Part shown: positions 1-9,916 of the stretch, one piece after another
Position numbering within the stretch: the stretch's first letter is position 1
Layout of the letters: every line of letters begins with the position of its first letter
Source of the DNA: Candidatus Latescibacterota bacterium
GTDB taxonomy: Bacteria; Latescibacterota; UBA2968; UBA8231
Length of the DNA stretch: 64,000 nt
Assembly: GCA_965223905.1 (NCBI GenBank)
Contig: CBDCXV010000002.1
Span: forward strand, 160,001-224,000
Direction of reading: 5' to 3'
Made by a program: the position numbers and the translations under genes
The notes under the pieces: generated by a model
Databases searched by the model: none
The model's input: the letters and a program-made list of their open reading frames with translations, nothing else
What the model was told of the DNA's origin: nothing

Positions 1-941
1 CGGTAGGCATCGAATACGATCTGCAGGTCGCGGCGCGCGCGCGCCAGGTTCGAGTACGGTGAACGGCCCCGGTCCTCCAGGCAGGCGAGAAAATCCTCCA
101 TCATCCCCCGGTATCCCATCATGTCGCGGAAGCCTGGGAACTCCAGGGCCCGGCGCCGCTGCGAGCGCACCCAGTGGTATATCCCGTTGCTCTCGAACAG
201 CACCCCGCCCTCGCTGCCGGCGATGCGGGAATGCTGAAACACCCCCCCCGTCGGCGACGGCACGTTCCAGGCGTAGCGGATCTCCGCCTTCGGCCCGCCC
301 GGCGCCTCGAGCGCGACGACGGCGTGGCGCTCCGCCTCGCCGCTCTGCCGGCCGGGGAACTCCGCCCCGAGCAGCCGCGGCCGGCCGCATTCGCTTCCGG
401 TGGCCGCGTCGAGCAGGTCGGCTGCGAGGGCGACGAAATGGATGCCCCCCTCCAGCAGCGACCCGTGGGCCGCCCGCCACCCGGAGGCCTTCTGCTCCTT
501 CAGCTTCTTCACCTCGATGCGCTCGATCTCGCCAAGGTCCCCCGACCTGATGTGCTGCTTCAGCTTCAGCAGCGAGGGTTTGTAGTAGTAGTTCTCGGCG
601 ACCATCAGCACCGTCCCGGGATGCCGGGCCGCGGCCGCCTCGATGCGGAGGAGCTGATCCGGCTCGTGGCAGAGCGGTTTCTCGACGAGAACCGCCGCGG
701 CCCCAGCGGCGAGGGCGGCGACCGTCTCGGTCTCGTGCCGCTCCGGCGGCGTCGCGATGACCACCCCGTCGGCGCTGTCGAGAAGCTCCTCGTAGCTCGC
801 GCACACCTCGCCGCCGAACTCCCGCGCGAACTCCTCGGCCCGGGCCCGGGTGCGGCTGTGGAACAGCAGCCCGGCCCGGCCCCGCAGGTTGCCGGCGTGC
901 TTCCTGCCGATGGCGCCGCAGCCGGCGAGGCCGACCCGCAT
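1..941 (-). CDS. Gfo/Idh/MocA family oxidoreductase (3' end runs off the window)
   Basis: Manual translation MRVGLAGCGAIGRKHA...VVIATPPERH...VLVEKP...AENYYY...EGGIHF shows the Rossmann GxGxxG and EKP motifs. The ATG overlaps the upstream TGA at 941. Missing from the ORF track because no stop falls inside the window. Confidence 0.88.
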   Translation of the reverse strand, partial: MRVGLAGCGAIGRKHAGNLRGRAGLLFHSRTRARAEEFAREFGGEVCASYEELLDSADGVVIATPPERHETETVAALAAGAAAVLVEKPLCHEPDQLLRIEAAAARHPGTVLMVAENYYYKPSLLKLKQHIRSGDLGEIERIEVKKLKEQKASGWRAAHGSLLEGGIHFVALAADLLDAATGSECGRPRLLGAEFPGRQSGEAERHAVVALEAPGGPKAEIRYAWNVPSPTGGVFQHSRIAGSEGGVLFESNGIYHWVRSQRRRALEFPGFRDMMGYRGMMEDFLACLEDRGRSPYSNLARARRDLQIVFDAY

Positions 942-2428
942 CACGCCGCGCGCCCCACATCGGCCACGCGCAGGGCGTTGGCGGCGATGGTGAGACTCGG
1001 GTTGACGCCCCCCGAGGCCGGGAAGCAGCTGCCGTCGACGACGTAGAGATTTTCCAGTCCCCAGACGCGGCAGTCGCGGTCGAGGGCTCCGCGCTCCGGG
1101 GAGTCGGCGCAGCGCACCGTGCCGACGGCATGGGAGAAGGTGTCGATCTCGTACATCCGCGTCTTCCACGCCCCGGCCGCCCTCAGCACCCGGCGGGCCT
1201 GGGCCGCGAGGAAATCCCGGCGCTCGAGGTCCGCCTCGCTGTACTGGTGGTCGACGCGGGGGATCTCGACCCCCCAGCTGTCCCTGCGGTTGTCGAGGTT
1301 CACCGCATTGTCGAAGCGCGGCTCGTCCTCGGCTATGCAGAGCAGGTTCTGCATGAAGGGGCCGAACGCCCCGGCGATCCGCTTTAGCCCGAAAGGAGCG
1401 AAGTGGGAGATCACCTCGCTGGACGGGGTGTAGATATCCTGGATGACCCCGGCGGCGGTGCCGTGCCGGACGCGGAAGCGCTCGTAGAACTCGGTGAAGC
1501 AGAGCTGCTTGTGGAAGAGGTTGCCGGGGTTGGTGCGGAACGGGAAGACCCCGGCGACCACGGCGTTGCAGTGCCTCATCAGGCAGCGGCCGATCCACCG
1601 GGCCCCGGGCGAGTCGAGGCGCGACCGCAGCAGCAGGGCCGGTGTCTGCAGGGCTCCGGCGGCGACGAAGAAGCGCTCCCCTTCCAGGACGAGGGTTTTC
1701 GGCTCGCCTGTGACGGCCACCGCGTGCAGGGCTTCGACACGGCCCCCCGAGACCGCCAGGTGCGTCGCCGCCAGGCCGGCGATGATCTCGAGGCCGGCCT
1801 CCTGCCCCAGGCGCAGCGCCGTCGCCGTCATGTCGTTCTTGGCCTCGATCCGGCACGGGAACCCGTCGCAGGTCGAGCAGCGGACGCAGAGCGGCCGGTC
1901 CGGATCGTCGAAGTTTATCGCCATCGGCAGAGGAAACGGTTTGAGGCCGAGCCGTTCCGCGGCCGACCGGATGCGCCGGGCAGGGGGGGCGAGCTCGACC
2001 GGAGCCCGCGGATAGGGAGTGGACCGCCGCGGCTCGCAGGGGTCGGTCCCGGTCTCGCCGTGAACGGCCAGCAGGTTCTCGGCCTCGGCGTAGTACGGTT
2101 CCAACTCGTCGTAGGCGATCGGCCACTTCTCGAAATCGGTTTCCCGCAGGCGCAGGGAGGCTCCCCCGAAAAAGACGGAGTTGCCGCCGACCACCTCGTT
2201 CGGATAGAGCGGTTCGCATTCCCTGGCCCCGTACTGGCGAACCGACACCGGCGACCCGGATCGATACCGCTTCTCGATCAGGATTTGCCGCTGGTTCCAG
2301 TCCCCCTCGTCCCGGTGCGGCCAGCCGCCGCGCTCGACCAGGAGGGTCTTCAGCCCGGCACGGACCAGGCGGTAGGCGGCGCAGGCCCCGCCGAACCCGG
2401 AACCGACGATGACGGCATCGTATTTCAC
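941..2428 (-). CDS. GMC family FAD oxidoreductase
   Basis: DAVIVGSGFGG FAD motif, VVGGNS, CxxCxxC..C, AAGALQTPALLLRS, HAVGT..., VVDGSCFPASGGVNPSLTIAANALR. Confidence 0.93.
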   Translation of the reverse strand: MKYDAVIVGSGFGGACAAYRLVRAGLKTLLVERGGWPHRDEGDWNQRQILIEKRYRSGSPVSVRQYGARECEPLYPNEVVGGNSVFFGGASLRLRETDFEKWPIAYDELEPYYAEAENLLAVHGETGTDPCEPRRSTPYPRAPVELAPPARRIRSAAERLGLKPFPLPMAINFDDPDRPLCVRCSTCDGFPCRIEAKNDMTATALRLGQEAGLEIIAGLAATHLAVSGGRVEALHAVAVTGEPKTLVLEGERFFVAAGALQTPALLLRSRLDSPGARWIGRCLMRHCNAVVAGVFPFRTNPGNLFHKQLCFTEFYERFRVRHGTAAGVIQDIYTPSSEVISHFAPFGLKRIAGAFGPFMQNLLCIAEDEPRFDNAVNLDNRRDSWGVEIPRVDHQYSEADLERRDFLAAQARRVLRAAGAWKTRMYEIDTFSHAVGTVRCADSPERGALDRDCRVWGLENLYVVDGSCFPASGGVNPSLTIAANALRVADVGRAA

Positions 2429-2469
2429 GAATTGTCTCCGCCGTGGAATCAGGCGGAAACGGTAGGGAA

Positions 2470-3282
2470 TTACAAGGCGCGCACCTCGACGACGTAGAGC
2501 ACCGCGAGGGCGGCGACGATCACCAGGGCGAGGTAGTGGAATTTCTCCCGGGTCTGCACGAACTGCTCGATACGCTCGAGATCCCCCTTGAACTTCCCCG
2601 ACATGTTGCGCTGCACGTAGGTCTTGTAGTACTCAACGGAAAAGCGCTCGAGGCCGCCGTTCATGTAGACGAGGAACCCGGCCGAAACCGGGGAGGCAGG
2701 ATCGTTGACGAAATAGAACAGCGGGCTCAAAAGGGCCAGGACCATACCTGAGCGCTGGAATTTCAGCGGCTTGAACCCCTCGAAAGGCGCGTCCTTGTAG
2801 GCGCCCCCGAGGGACACCACCAGCCCGGTGCCGTAGGCAATGAGGACGAACCAGAAGAAGCGCTCGACCGGAACCTCTATCCGGGTAACGGCGAACACGG
2901 CGGCGACGATCACCGCCCCGGCCGCGTACCGGAGGAGATCGCTCTGGACGTGCCGCCCGAAAAAGGTGATGCGGGAGGGGACGAAGTACTTCTCCTGGTC
3001 TTCGGTGCGGGAAAACCCCTTGTAGATCTCGGCCAGGAACCGCTCGATCCCCATGACCAGGAAGAAGAGCTGGAACATCCCGATCCCGGCCAGGCGCTGG
3101 GTGAACGGGGGAAGGGTATACAGCACCAGGAAAATGGCCAGGCTGAACCAGATGCTGCGGGGGAAGGTGCGCGGCTTGAACCCCTCGAAGGGGGAGTCCT
3201 TGAAGGCTCCCCAGAGAGAGGTGTAAAGGCCGGACAGGAGGGTCACGGCCAGGATGGTGGTTAAGGGCAATTGGGGGTACAA
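2470..3282 (-). CDS. Uncharacterised multi-pass membrane protein with internal duplication
   Basis: Hydrophobic helices. Paired motifs GAFKDSPFEGFKPRTFPRS / GAYKDAPFEGFKPLKFQRS and GIERFLAEIYK / GLERFSVEYYK. Confidence 0.8.
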   Translation of the reverse strand: MYPQLPLTTILAVTLLSGLYTSLWGAFKDSPFEGFKPRTFPRSIWFSLAIFLVLYTLPPFTQRLAGIGMFQLFFLVMGIERFLAEIYKGFSRTEDQEKYFVPSRITFFGRHVQSDLLRYAAGAVIVAAVFAVTRIEVPVERFFWFVLIAYGTGLVVSLGGAYKDAPFEGFKPLKFQRSGMVLALLSPLFYFVNDPASPVSAGFLVYMNGGLERFSVEYYKTYVQRNMSGKFKGDLERIEQFVQTREKFHYLALVIVAALAVLYVVEVRAL

Positions 3283-3410
3283 GGTTGGAGGGGCAGATGG
3301 CGCTGGAGTCTACCACAGGGCTGCCGAGGAGGCAAGCGCAACACCGGGTTCCCGGGCGCCGGGGAGGCTGCTCGGATGGAGCTTCCACGGGCGCTGTAAG
3401 CCGATGAGGG

Positions 3411-4097
3411 TTATGACGGCAGCACGAAGGTGAAACCGGCCCAGAAGGCGAGTGTTACCAGCCAAAACACGCAAACGATGCCGCCGGTGCGCAGCCAGCT
3501 GAATCGACAGACCCTTTGAATACCGAGAGTCAGAAGAAAGTTATACCACACCTTGAACGGATTGACGTCCGCAAGGATCACATTCAGGACAGGGTGGGTC
3601 GTCTCTTTCCAAAAGAGATCGAGCCCCATTCTCATCTGCAGAATCTCAGGGGCAAGTTCGCCGTTTTGGGTTCGGATGAAAAGGATGATCGATCCCGTTA
3701 CAACGTGGAGCAGGGTAGCGACGCTTGCGTGCGCAACCACCGACAAGATCGATTTGATGCTCGCCAATCCCTCGAAGATCTGAATAATCAACCAGAGTAG
3801 AAACGCGGAAACGGACCAGGAAAGCAAAGTTGCGAAAAAGGAAGCCGCCGTAGATGCATACCTTACTGCCTGTTCGATCGATGATACGCCAGCTGCCTGG
3901 GAATCCGGAAGAGTACCAGGAACAAGGAACAAGGTCTGCTGAAAAACCGTGGTAGTATACCAGGCCGAAATGGCAGTTACAAAAGCGATTGTGAAATATG
4001 CGCATATCCAGGTCGGCCGTTCGGAGATTTCATCGAATGCGAGGAAAGGCGAGAAAATCACCAGGGCCAGGCGTCGCAGGGAAGGAAGAAAAGACAT
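3411..4097 (-). CDS. Yip1-family membrane protein
   Basis: N-terminal 'IFSP..AFDEI.ERP.W' pattern, about 5 TM segments, late 'NPFKVW...L.LGI' motif. Confidence 0.75.
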   Translation of the reverse strand: MSFLPSLRRLALVIFSPFLAFDEISERPTWICAYFTIAFVTAISAWYTTTVFQQTLFLVPGTLPDSQAAGVSSIEQAVRYASTAASFFATLLSWSVSAFLLWLIIQIFEGLASIKSILSVVAHASVATLLHVVTGSIILFIRTQNGELAPEILQMRMGLDLFWKETTHPVLNVILADVNPFKVWYNFLLTLGIQRVCRFSWLRTGGIVCVFWLVTLAFWAGFTFVLPS

Positions 4098-4145
4098 GGA
4101 TCCGCAGTTCAGGCAATCGGTTTGCGCAAACCGGAGGGGCGAGTC

Positions 4146-4772
4146 TTACCGGGGAGAACGGGCGACTGAAGGCAACGCCGACAGCCCGGACGGACCGCCG
4201 GTGGAATAGCGAGGGATTGATGAGAGAGGACACCGGGACTTGTGATCCTGAACCATGGAATCAATGATTCCTCGGACTTGCCGAAAGGCCTTATAGCCTA
4301 CGTGCTTATGCAACAGGATGCCTTCTTCGTCGATGAGAAACAGTGCCGGGACAGCTGAGGTTCCGAGTTTTTCTCGTAGTTGAAGCTTGGATTCCATCCA
4401 GAGCGGAAAGGAAAAAGCATCACCGGACTGGAAGTTTCGAGGCACAACGGAGCCGTAGGTAGCAACAGCTACTATGGAGAATTTGCCGTCCTGCCCATGC
4501 TGGTGGTGTATTGCGTCCAGGACTTTGAGCTGTTCTTGGCAATAACCGCAACCCAGATCGAGGAACACGGCGATTATCTTCTTGCCGCGAAAGCTGTCGA
4601 GGTCAACGGTCTCTCCCGCAAGATCCGTGAGCTCAAGGCGCGGAAAGGTGTGCCCTGTGAGGATGATGCTTTCGACGCCGTACCGGTTGTGAAACCACAG
4701 GAGCCCGAAAGCTGCGATTCCCAGGATGCCTGACAAAATTGACGTTGCAATGAGTCTGCGGCGACTTCTCAT
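4146..4772 (-). CDS. Membrane-anchored TlpA/ResA-like thioredoxin-fold redoxin (CGYC)
   Basis: N-terminal TM helix, then 'FPRLELTDLAGETVDLDSFRGK..F.DLGCGYC', 'VPALFLIDEEGIL'. Start placed at ATG 4772; the ORF track extends to 4922. Confidence 0.85.
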   Translation of the reverse strand: MRSRRRLIATSILSGILGIAAFGLLWFHNRYGVESIILTGHTFPRLELTDLAGETVDLDSFRGKKIIAVFLDLGCGYCQEQLKVLDAIHHQHGQDGKFSIVAVATYGSVVPRNFQSGDAFSFPLWMESKLQLREKLGTSAVPALFLIDEEGILLHKHVGYKAFRQVRGIIDSMVQDHKSRCPLSSIPRYSTGGPSGLSALPSVARSPR

Positions 4773-4925
4773 AAGTCTCAGTCTCAGCTTGAATCCACTA
4801 TTGTGGAAAGCGTAAATCACGAAGTGCCTCCCGTAAGGATTCACGGGGAATGGTGACCCGAAAAACCATGGAAATTCTGCGCCGCGGAAACATGGCCCCG
4901 GCAGCCAAGTTGATAGTGGCAAGCC

Positions 4926-5369
4926 CTAAACTCCGGGGCGATCCAGGATACTGGAGAACAAGGCTCTCAGGATGGACACCCCTTGCTCTTGCACGAGCGT
5001 AGCTTCTACCACCTGAAAGGAGTCCGTCCCGGCTGCATCGCCCCCTGTCCCGTCGATTTCGATCCGCACTGCAACCGAGGGCTCCCCGTCCGCCAGGCAT
5101 CCACTTACCTTTCCGACCTTCAGGTACCTGACCTCATTTCCCCGGCTCCGGATTTTGAGGTGCCTGCACCTGTGCAAAAGAGCGACCCGGTCCCCAGGAA
5201 CCTTGGTGGTCATTACCCAACCCGTCTCTGTGAGCATGATCTTCCCCTCGACTTCCATCCCCACATCCATGCGCGTCACCGTAAGGGCAATCAGCAGAAG
5301 GAGGAAAACCGCGGCCGCCCCGAGGAGCATGGCACCCGCGCGCCATTCGATTGTTGCCGGGATTCTCAT
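4926..5369 (-). CDS. Small membrane-anchored protein, possible minimal HlyD/MFP-like accessory protein
   Basis: One N-terminal TM, 'VEGKI', beta-rich body, C-terminal 'SILRALF' amphipathic tail. Its start overlaps the ABC exporter stop. Confidence 0.5.
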   Translation of the reverse strand: MRIPATIEWRAGAMLLGAAAVFLLLLIALTVTRMDVGMEVEGKIMLTETGWVMTTKVPGDRVALLHRCRHLKIRSRGNEVRYLKVGKVSGCLADGEPSVAVRIEIDGTGGDAAGTDSFQVVEATLVQEQGVSILRALFSSILDRPGV

Positions 5370-7180
5370 CCTGCCTTCTTCAAGTCCTGCTCGTATATGG
5401 TGGTGAAATGCCCCCCCATTCGAAGAAGCTCCTGTAACGTACCCTCCTCAACGATCCGGCCCCCCACCAGCACGAGAATTCGATCTGCGAACAACACGGT
5501 GGAAAGACGGTGGGCGACCAGTAGCGTCGTACGGTCCTGCGCGGCGCGGCGCAACGAGTCCCCAACGAGATTTTCCGCCCGTGGATCAAGTGAGGCGGTG
5601 CCCTCGTCCAGCACGAGAAGCCTGGGATCCCGGATCACGGCGCGGGCTAACGCAACCCGCTGCTTCTGCCCGGCGGAAAGTTGAACGCCGTCGCCACCAA
5701 GCCGGGTCTCCAAGCGGGCTGGAAACCCGTTGATGAACTCCATGCAATTGGTGGATTCCGCCGCAGCCAGAACCTCCTCCTTGGTAGCCCCCGGCTTGCC
5801 GTAGGCGATATTCTCCCAAATGGTCCCGGGAAACAACCGGAGGTTCTGTTCGACAAGCGCGACGTTCTTGCGAAGCGCGCGTACGTCATATGATAGAAAA
5901 TCGTTCCCATCAAGCAGCATTCGACCCGAAATCGGCTCGTACAGCCGTAACAGGAGGTGAACCAAGGTGGTTTTCCCGGACCCGCTGGGCCCCACTACGA
6001 CAGATATTTTCCCAGGTTCAAGGACGAGGTTTACTCCCTTCAATACCGGAAGCTGGGGAATGTACCCAAAATGCAAATCCTCAATGACAACTTTCCCAAT
6101 CTTTGCTGGGCTCCGAAAGGTTCCGCCTCGTCCTTTTTCTTCCGGAACATCCAGAACCCCAAAAACCCGTTTCAAGACTCCTACTCCTCGCTTGAAGTTC
6201 AGGTAAATTCCAGTGAGCTGCCCGATCGGTCCGTATATATAGGAAACCAGCATATTGAAGGCCATGAATTCACCGAGGGTCAGCTCGTCGCGCATGATTG
6301 CGTAGGTCCCGTACCACAGCAGGAGAATTCCGCCGAGAGCATAGAGAAAAACCTGCACCAGATGGCCGCAGGTCATGGTGACATTTCTGGATAGATCGGC
6401 GTCGAATTCGGAGTGCAAGGCGGACACCAGCCGACGTGCTTCCAATTTTTCCCGGTCGAACGCCCTGACTACGTGCGCCGATTCCAGGGACTCCAACCGG
6501 ACAGCATTCGTGACGCCCTTTCGCTCCTGCACCTGTTCACTCAGCACCTGGACCTTGCGCCCAAACAAAAAATTGACGGCAACAATCCCCGGTAAAACAA
6601 CAAGGACGGCCAAGCCCAATTCCGGGTTAATGGTGAACATGATGCAGGTCGCGGCGACTAAAACGGTGATGCTGCTGAGTCCTTCGATATAGGCTCCGGC
6701 CATCATGGACCCAAGCTGCCTGACATCGTCGCTGATTCTTGTGGCAATGTACCCGCTGGCGTGGGATTTCAGATAGGAGAGTGGTACCGAATGAATCTTT
6801 TGAAACAATTTCAGTTCTATATCGAAAAACACCCGTCTGGTAAATATCAGCAGCAAATAGTGCTGTAAAAAACTCAAAACAATTCCCAGAAGGATAATGG
6901 ACGCTAGCACAGCGCAGACCAAATGGAGAATATCCTCCTGATGGTTCACGATAATATGGTCGATTATGTAAATGGAGAACAAGGGCATGGGAAGGGCCAA
7001 TACAGTGGAGAAGACCATGCATGCGGCGGCTTCGATTACCCGAATCCAATAGGGCTGAAAAAAGAAAAGCAGCCGCAAAAAAAGGAATCGTCCCACACCC
7101 GGTGACGGGTTGGAGGTAAAAACCTGGCGGAGGGTAAAGCCCCTTTGTCGCGCTAGCTCAAGTTGTCGAAAGAAGCCCAT
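5366..7180 (-). CDS. ABC exporter, fused TMD + NBD, no C39 peptidase domain
   Basis: 6-TM domain, Walker A GPSGSGKT, signature LSAGQKQR, Walker B LLVLDE, VAHRLST. Confidence 0.95.
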   Translation of the reverse strand: MGFFRQLELARQRGFTLRQVFTSNPSPGVGRFLFLRLLFFFQPYWIRVIEAAACMVFSTVLALPMPLFSIYIIDHIIVNHQEDILHLVCAVLASIILLGIVLSFLQHYLLLIFTRRVFFDIELKLFQKIHSVPLSYLKSHASGYIATRISDDVRQLGSMMAGAYIEGLSSITVLVAATCIMFTINPELGLAVLVVLPGIVAVNFLFGRKVQVLSEQVQERKGVTNAVRLESLESAHVVRAFDREKLEARRLVSALHSEFDADLSRNVTMTCGHLVQVFLYALGGILLLWYGTYAIMRDELTLGEFMAFNMLVSYIYGPIGQLTGIYLNFKRGVGVLKRVFGVLDVPEEKGRGGTFRSPAKIGKVVIEDLHFGYIPQLPVLKGVNLVLEPGKISVVVGPSGSGKTTLVHLLLRLYEPISGRMLLDGNDFLSYDVRALRKNVALVEQNLRLFPGTIWENIAYGKPGATKEEVLAAAESTNCMEFINGFPARLETRLGGDGVQLSAGQKQRVALARAVIRDPRLLVLDEGTASLDPRAENLVGDSLRRAAQDRTTLLVAHRLSTVLFADRILVLVGGRIVEEGTLQELLRMGGHFTTIYEQDLKKAG

Positions 7181-7288
7181 CTTGCATCAGCTGCATCCAT
7201 CAGGTGGGGGAAAGCCGCGAAAGCGTGAAGACAGGACGGATTGGCGGAGGAAGCGGAAGCGACGGTTTGGGTATTTGTGGACAGGACA

Positions 7289-8068
7289 CTATACCGGAGA
7301 CGGCCCGGCATTCAGCCAGGAGAGGTTCCCGCCTTGAGCGGGGTGACGCACGAGCTCCAGGAAAACTTTCTCAAGGCCGGAAACTCTCCCTCCGGCGGTA
7401 GGATAACGGTCCCGTTTGGCCGTGTGAATGATCTCTCCCTCATGCATTATGGCAACCTCCGAACAAAGCTTTTCAACCAGTTCCAGATTATGAGAGGTGA
7501 GAAAAATGGTGATTCCCCGATCCTGCATGGAGAGTAGGACCTCCTGTATGACTATTGCGGAGGCCGGATCAATTCCCTCGAAAGGTTCGTCCATAATCAA
7601 AACGCGGGGAGACCGGATGAATAAGGAGGCCAGGTAAAGCTTTTTCTTCATCCCGGCGGAATATCTATAAATGAACCCGTGGCGCGCTTCTGCCAAACAC
7701 ATCAATTCCAATAATTCTTCACACCTGGCGAAGATCACCCGGTCAGGGATGGAGAAAACTTTGCCGATAAATACGAGGTACTCCTCTCCAGTCAATTGTT
7801 CGTAGAGGCCAAGGGTGTCTGTCATCACACCGAGTTGGCGTTTAATTTCGACCCCATGGAGGTGAAAGTTCTTACCAAGGATCTTGACAATACCTGACGT
7901 GGGTTGCAGCAACCCGGAAAGCATCCCAACGGCTGTTGTCTTTCCCGCCCCGTTGGTTCCAAGGAGACCGAAAAAGGCTCCTTCGTTTATGGAAAGGGAA
8001 AGATTCTTCACAGCAGTGACAGGCCCGAATTCCTTGATCAGGTTTTGTGCGGATATGGCTATGTTCAT
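7289..8068 (-). CDS. ABC-2 type transporter ATP-binding subunit
   Basis: GTNGAGKT, YSAGMKKK, LIMDEPFEGIDP, TSHNL. Confidence 0.95.
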   Translation of the reverse strand: MNIAISAQNLIKEFGPVTAVKNLSLSINEGAFFGLLGTNGAGKTTAVGMLSGLLQPTSGIVKILGKNFHLHGVEIKRQLGVMTDTLGLYEQLTGEEYLVFIGKVFSIPDRVIFARCEELLELMCLAEARHGFIYRYSAGMKKKLYLASLFIRSPRVLIMDEPFEGIDPASAIVIQEVLLSMQDRGITIFLTSHNLELVEKLCSEVAIMHEGEIIHTAKRDRYPTAGGRVSGLEKVFLELVRHPAQGGNLSWLNAGPSPV

Positions 8069-8081
8069 TTGTGGGCCTTCC

Positions 8082-9707
8082 CTATTTGAAAAGCACGCCC
8101 AGCAGTTTTTCTTGTCTGGATTTCATAAGAGCTGATGATTTTCTGATGGCAGGAAAGTAGGTACCCAGACTCACTAGAAAAACTAGGAAAAAGCTGATAA
8201 TCGTCAATTGTGGGGAACGTAAGACAATATGGAAAACATAAACGTTGATCCCAATAAAAATTACCGCGGGCAACCAGGCAATTAAAATCAAACAAACACT
8301 TTGGGTCGACCAGGTTCTCTGACTCATCGAACCAAAGGATTTGAGTTTCTTTGGAAAAAGAACGGATGAAAAATTTCCAGTCGCGGCAACGTAAATGGGA
8401 ACGCAAACGGTCAATGGAATCAATGCAAAGGCCAGTGTCAGGTCTGTTTCCTTCCCTTGCCAGGTCCAGAAAAGGATTCCTGGAAGATACATCCAGTTAT
8501 TGAAAATCTGAAGACATACCAGCGCCAAATTTTTACTGATAAGCACATCTCGTAAATGAATCGGTAAAAGAAAGTGGTGAACAACACCTTTAGACTCTTT
8601 ATTGAACAGAGAGTGCATGAAACCACTCATTCCCCCGAAATAGAAGACCAGGAACGCCCAATAGTACTCAAACCGTGCCGAAAGGATTACTACTGACATG
8701 CACCAGGCAATAACTACTTGAAAAACGGCCATTACCCGGAACTGATTCCATCTACACAGATATAATAGCTCGTGGGTGAAAAAAGGGATATACTTCCTGG
8801 GAAGAAAGCGGTCCGCAATGCCGCAAATTTTAAAATAAATATTGCCTGGTAGCCCCTGACTTTCTCTACTAACCGAGGGTTCGTGGAACATCAGACTCAT
8901 GGTGCTTCTGCGTGACACGAGATACCCCAATGAGAGGTATCCCATAAGGCCAAGGAAACAGACTATCGAATCAAAAATTCTTCCCCGACTCAAAAAATAG
9001 AAAATATCAGCGAGCATGCCCGGTGGTGTAAATTTGAGGTAGGAAGATAAACGAAGTTTTCCTAATTGAGTTATCATTTCTTGCATGTACTCATCCTTCA
9101 AAAGAAGCAAAGCCAACATCAGATTAACCATGAGGAAAGCTAAGCTTGTAAGTATGACCAAACCGTATTTGGATATCCACCAACTAAGGGAAATATCTAT
9201 CCACGAACGCAACGCCTGAATCCAGCTTACCATCAGCACAGCAAACGCAATCATCGAAAGACCGCAGATAATTCCGGTTGTGATTGATTTCAACAATCCA
9301 CATGCCATCGCCGAAGAGACCAAAACAGGTGCAAATATAATCAGCCATCGGTCAGAAAGGGTTCTAACCACTCCGGCAGCGTAAACCTGTTTGTAGGTCC
9401 ATGGATACTTGACGGTTTCGCGAAGATCCTTACAAACAGAAGTACTTATGATACTCTTGAGCCCTAGAACCACCCATACCATCGACAAACCGGCAAACAA
9501 TGCGTGAAGCAATTCCCGAACCATCAAGCCCCCGTCACCCATAGCATGAAGCAACGCGTGGTGTATGCCTGCGGAGGCCCAGAGCGAGAGGACCAGGATC
9601 GCTATCTCCCCCGATATTTTAACGGCATAACTTCCAGGGCCCGATTTTGATTCAGTTCGCTCGCCCTTTAAATGGAGCCATGTCATGTACCACCAAACTT
9701 TTAGCAT
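8082..9707 (-). CDS. ABC-2 type permease / immunity-like multi-pass membrane protein
   Basis: About 12 hydrophobic segments, 'TPPG', 'LLPI..RDVLISKN'. AT-rich and directly upstream of the ABC-2 ATPase. Confidence 0.8.
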   Translation of the reverse strand: MLKVWWYMTWLHLKGERTESKSGPGSYAVKISGEIAILVLSLWASAGIHHALLHAMGDGGLMVRELLHALFAGLSMVWVVLGLKSIISTSVCKDLRETVKYPWTYKQVYAAGVVRTLSDRWLIIFAPVLVSSAMACGLLKSITTGIICGLSMIAFAVLMVSWIQALRSWIDISLSWWISKYGLVILTSLAFLMVNLMLALLLLKDEYMQEMITQLGKLRLSSYLKFTPPGMLADIFYFLSRGRIFDSIVCFLGLMGYLSLGYLVSRRSTMSLMFHEPSVSRESQGLPGNIYFKICGIADRFLPRKYIPFFTHELLYLCRWNQFRVMAVFQVVIAWCMSVVILSARFEYYWAFLVFYFGGMSGFMHSLFNKESKGVVHHFLLPIHLRDVLISKNLALVCLQIFNNWMYLPGILFWTWQGKETDLTLAFALIPLTVCVPIYVAATGNFSSVLFPKKLKSFGSMSQRTWSTQSVCLILIAWLPAVIFIGINVYVFHIVLRSPQLTIISFFLVFLVSLGTYFPAIRKSSALMKSRQEKLLGVLFK

Positions 9708-9884
9708 TTTTATCTGAATTTCCGATGCGAGGGGGTACGGACCAAACTCAGACTCTTTTTCTCATTTTTGAGTTACACCCCATGCTTACCCTGGACTCTC
9801 TTCCATTCTCCCAGACAGTTACATGTTTCCTTCATATTCGCTACTAATAAAAGTGAGGGAGGCCATCTCCTTCAGATTAAATCT

Positions 9885-9906
9885 CGAGGCTGAAATTCAA
9901 GCCTCG
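9885..9906 (-). terminator. Hairpin just downstream of the peptide gene (terminator, attenuator or stabiliser)
   Basis: cgaggct-gaaattca-agcctcg, a 7-bp stem followed on the minus strand by agatttaat (weak U-tract). Confidence 0.5.
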
Positions 9907-9916
9907 TTCGTTTTCA

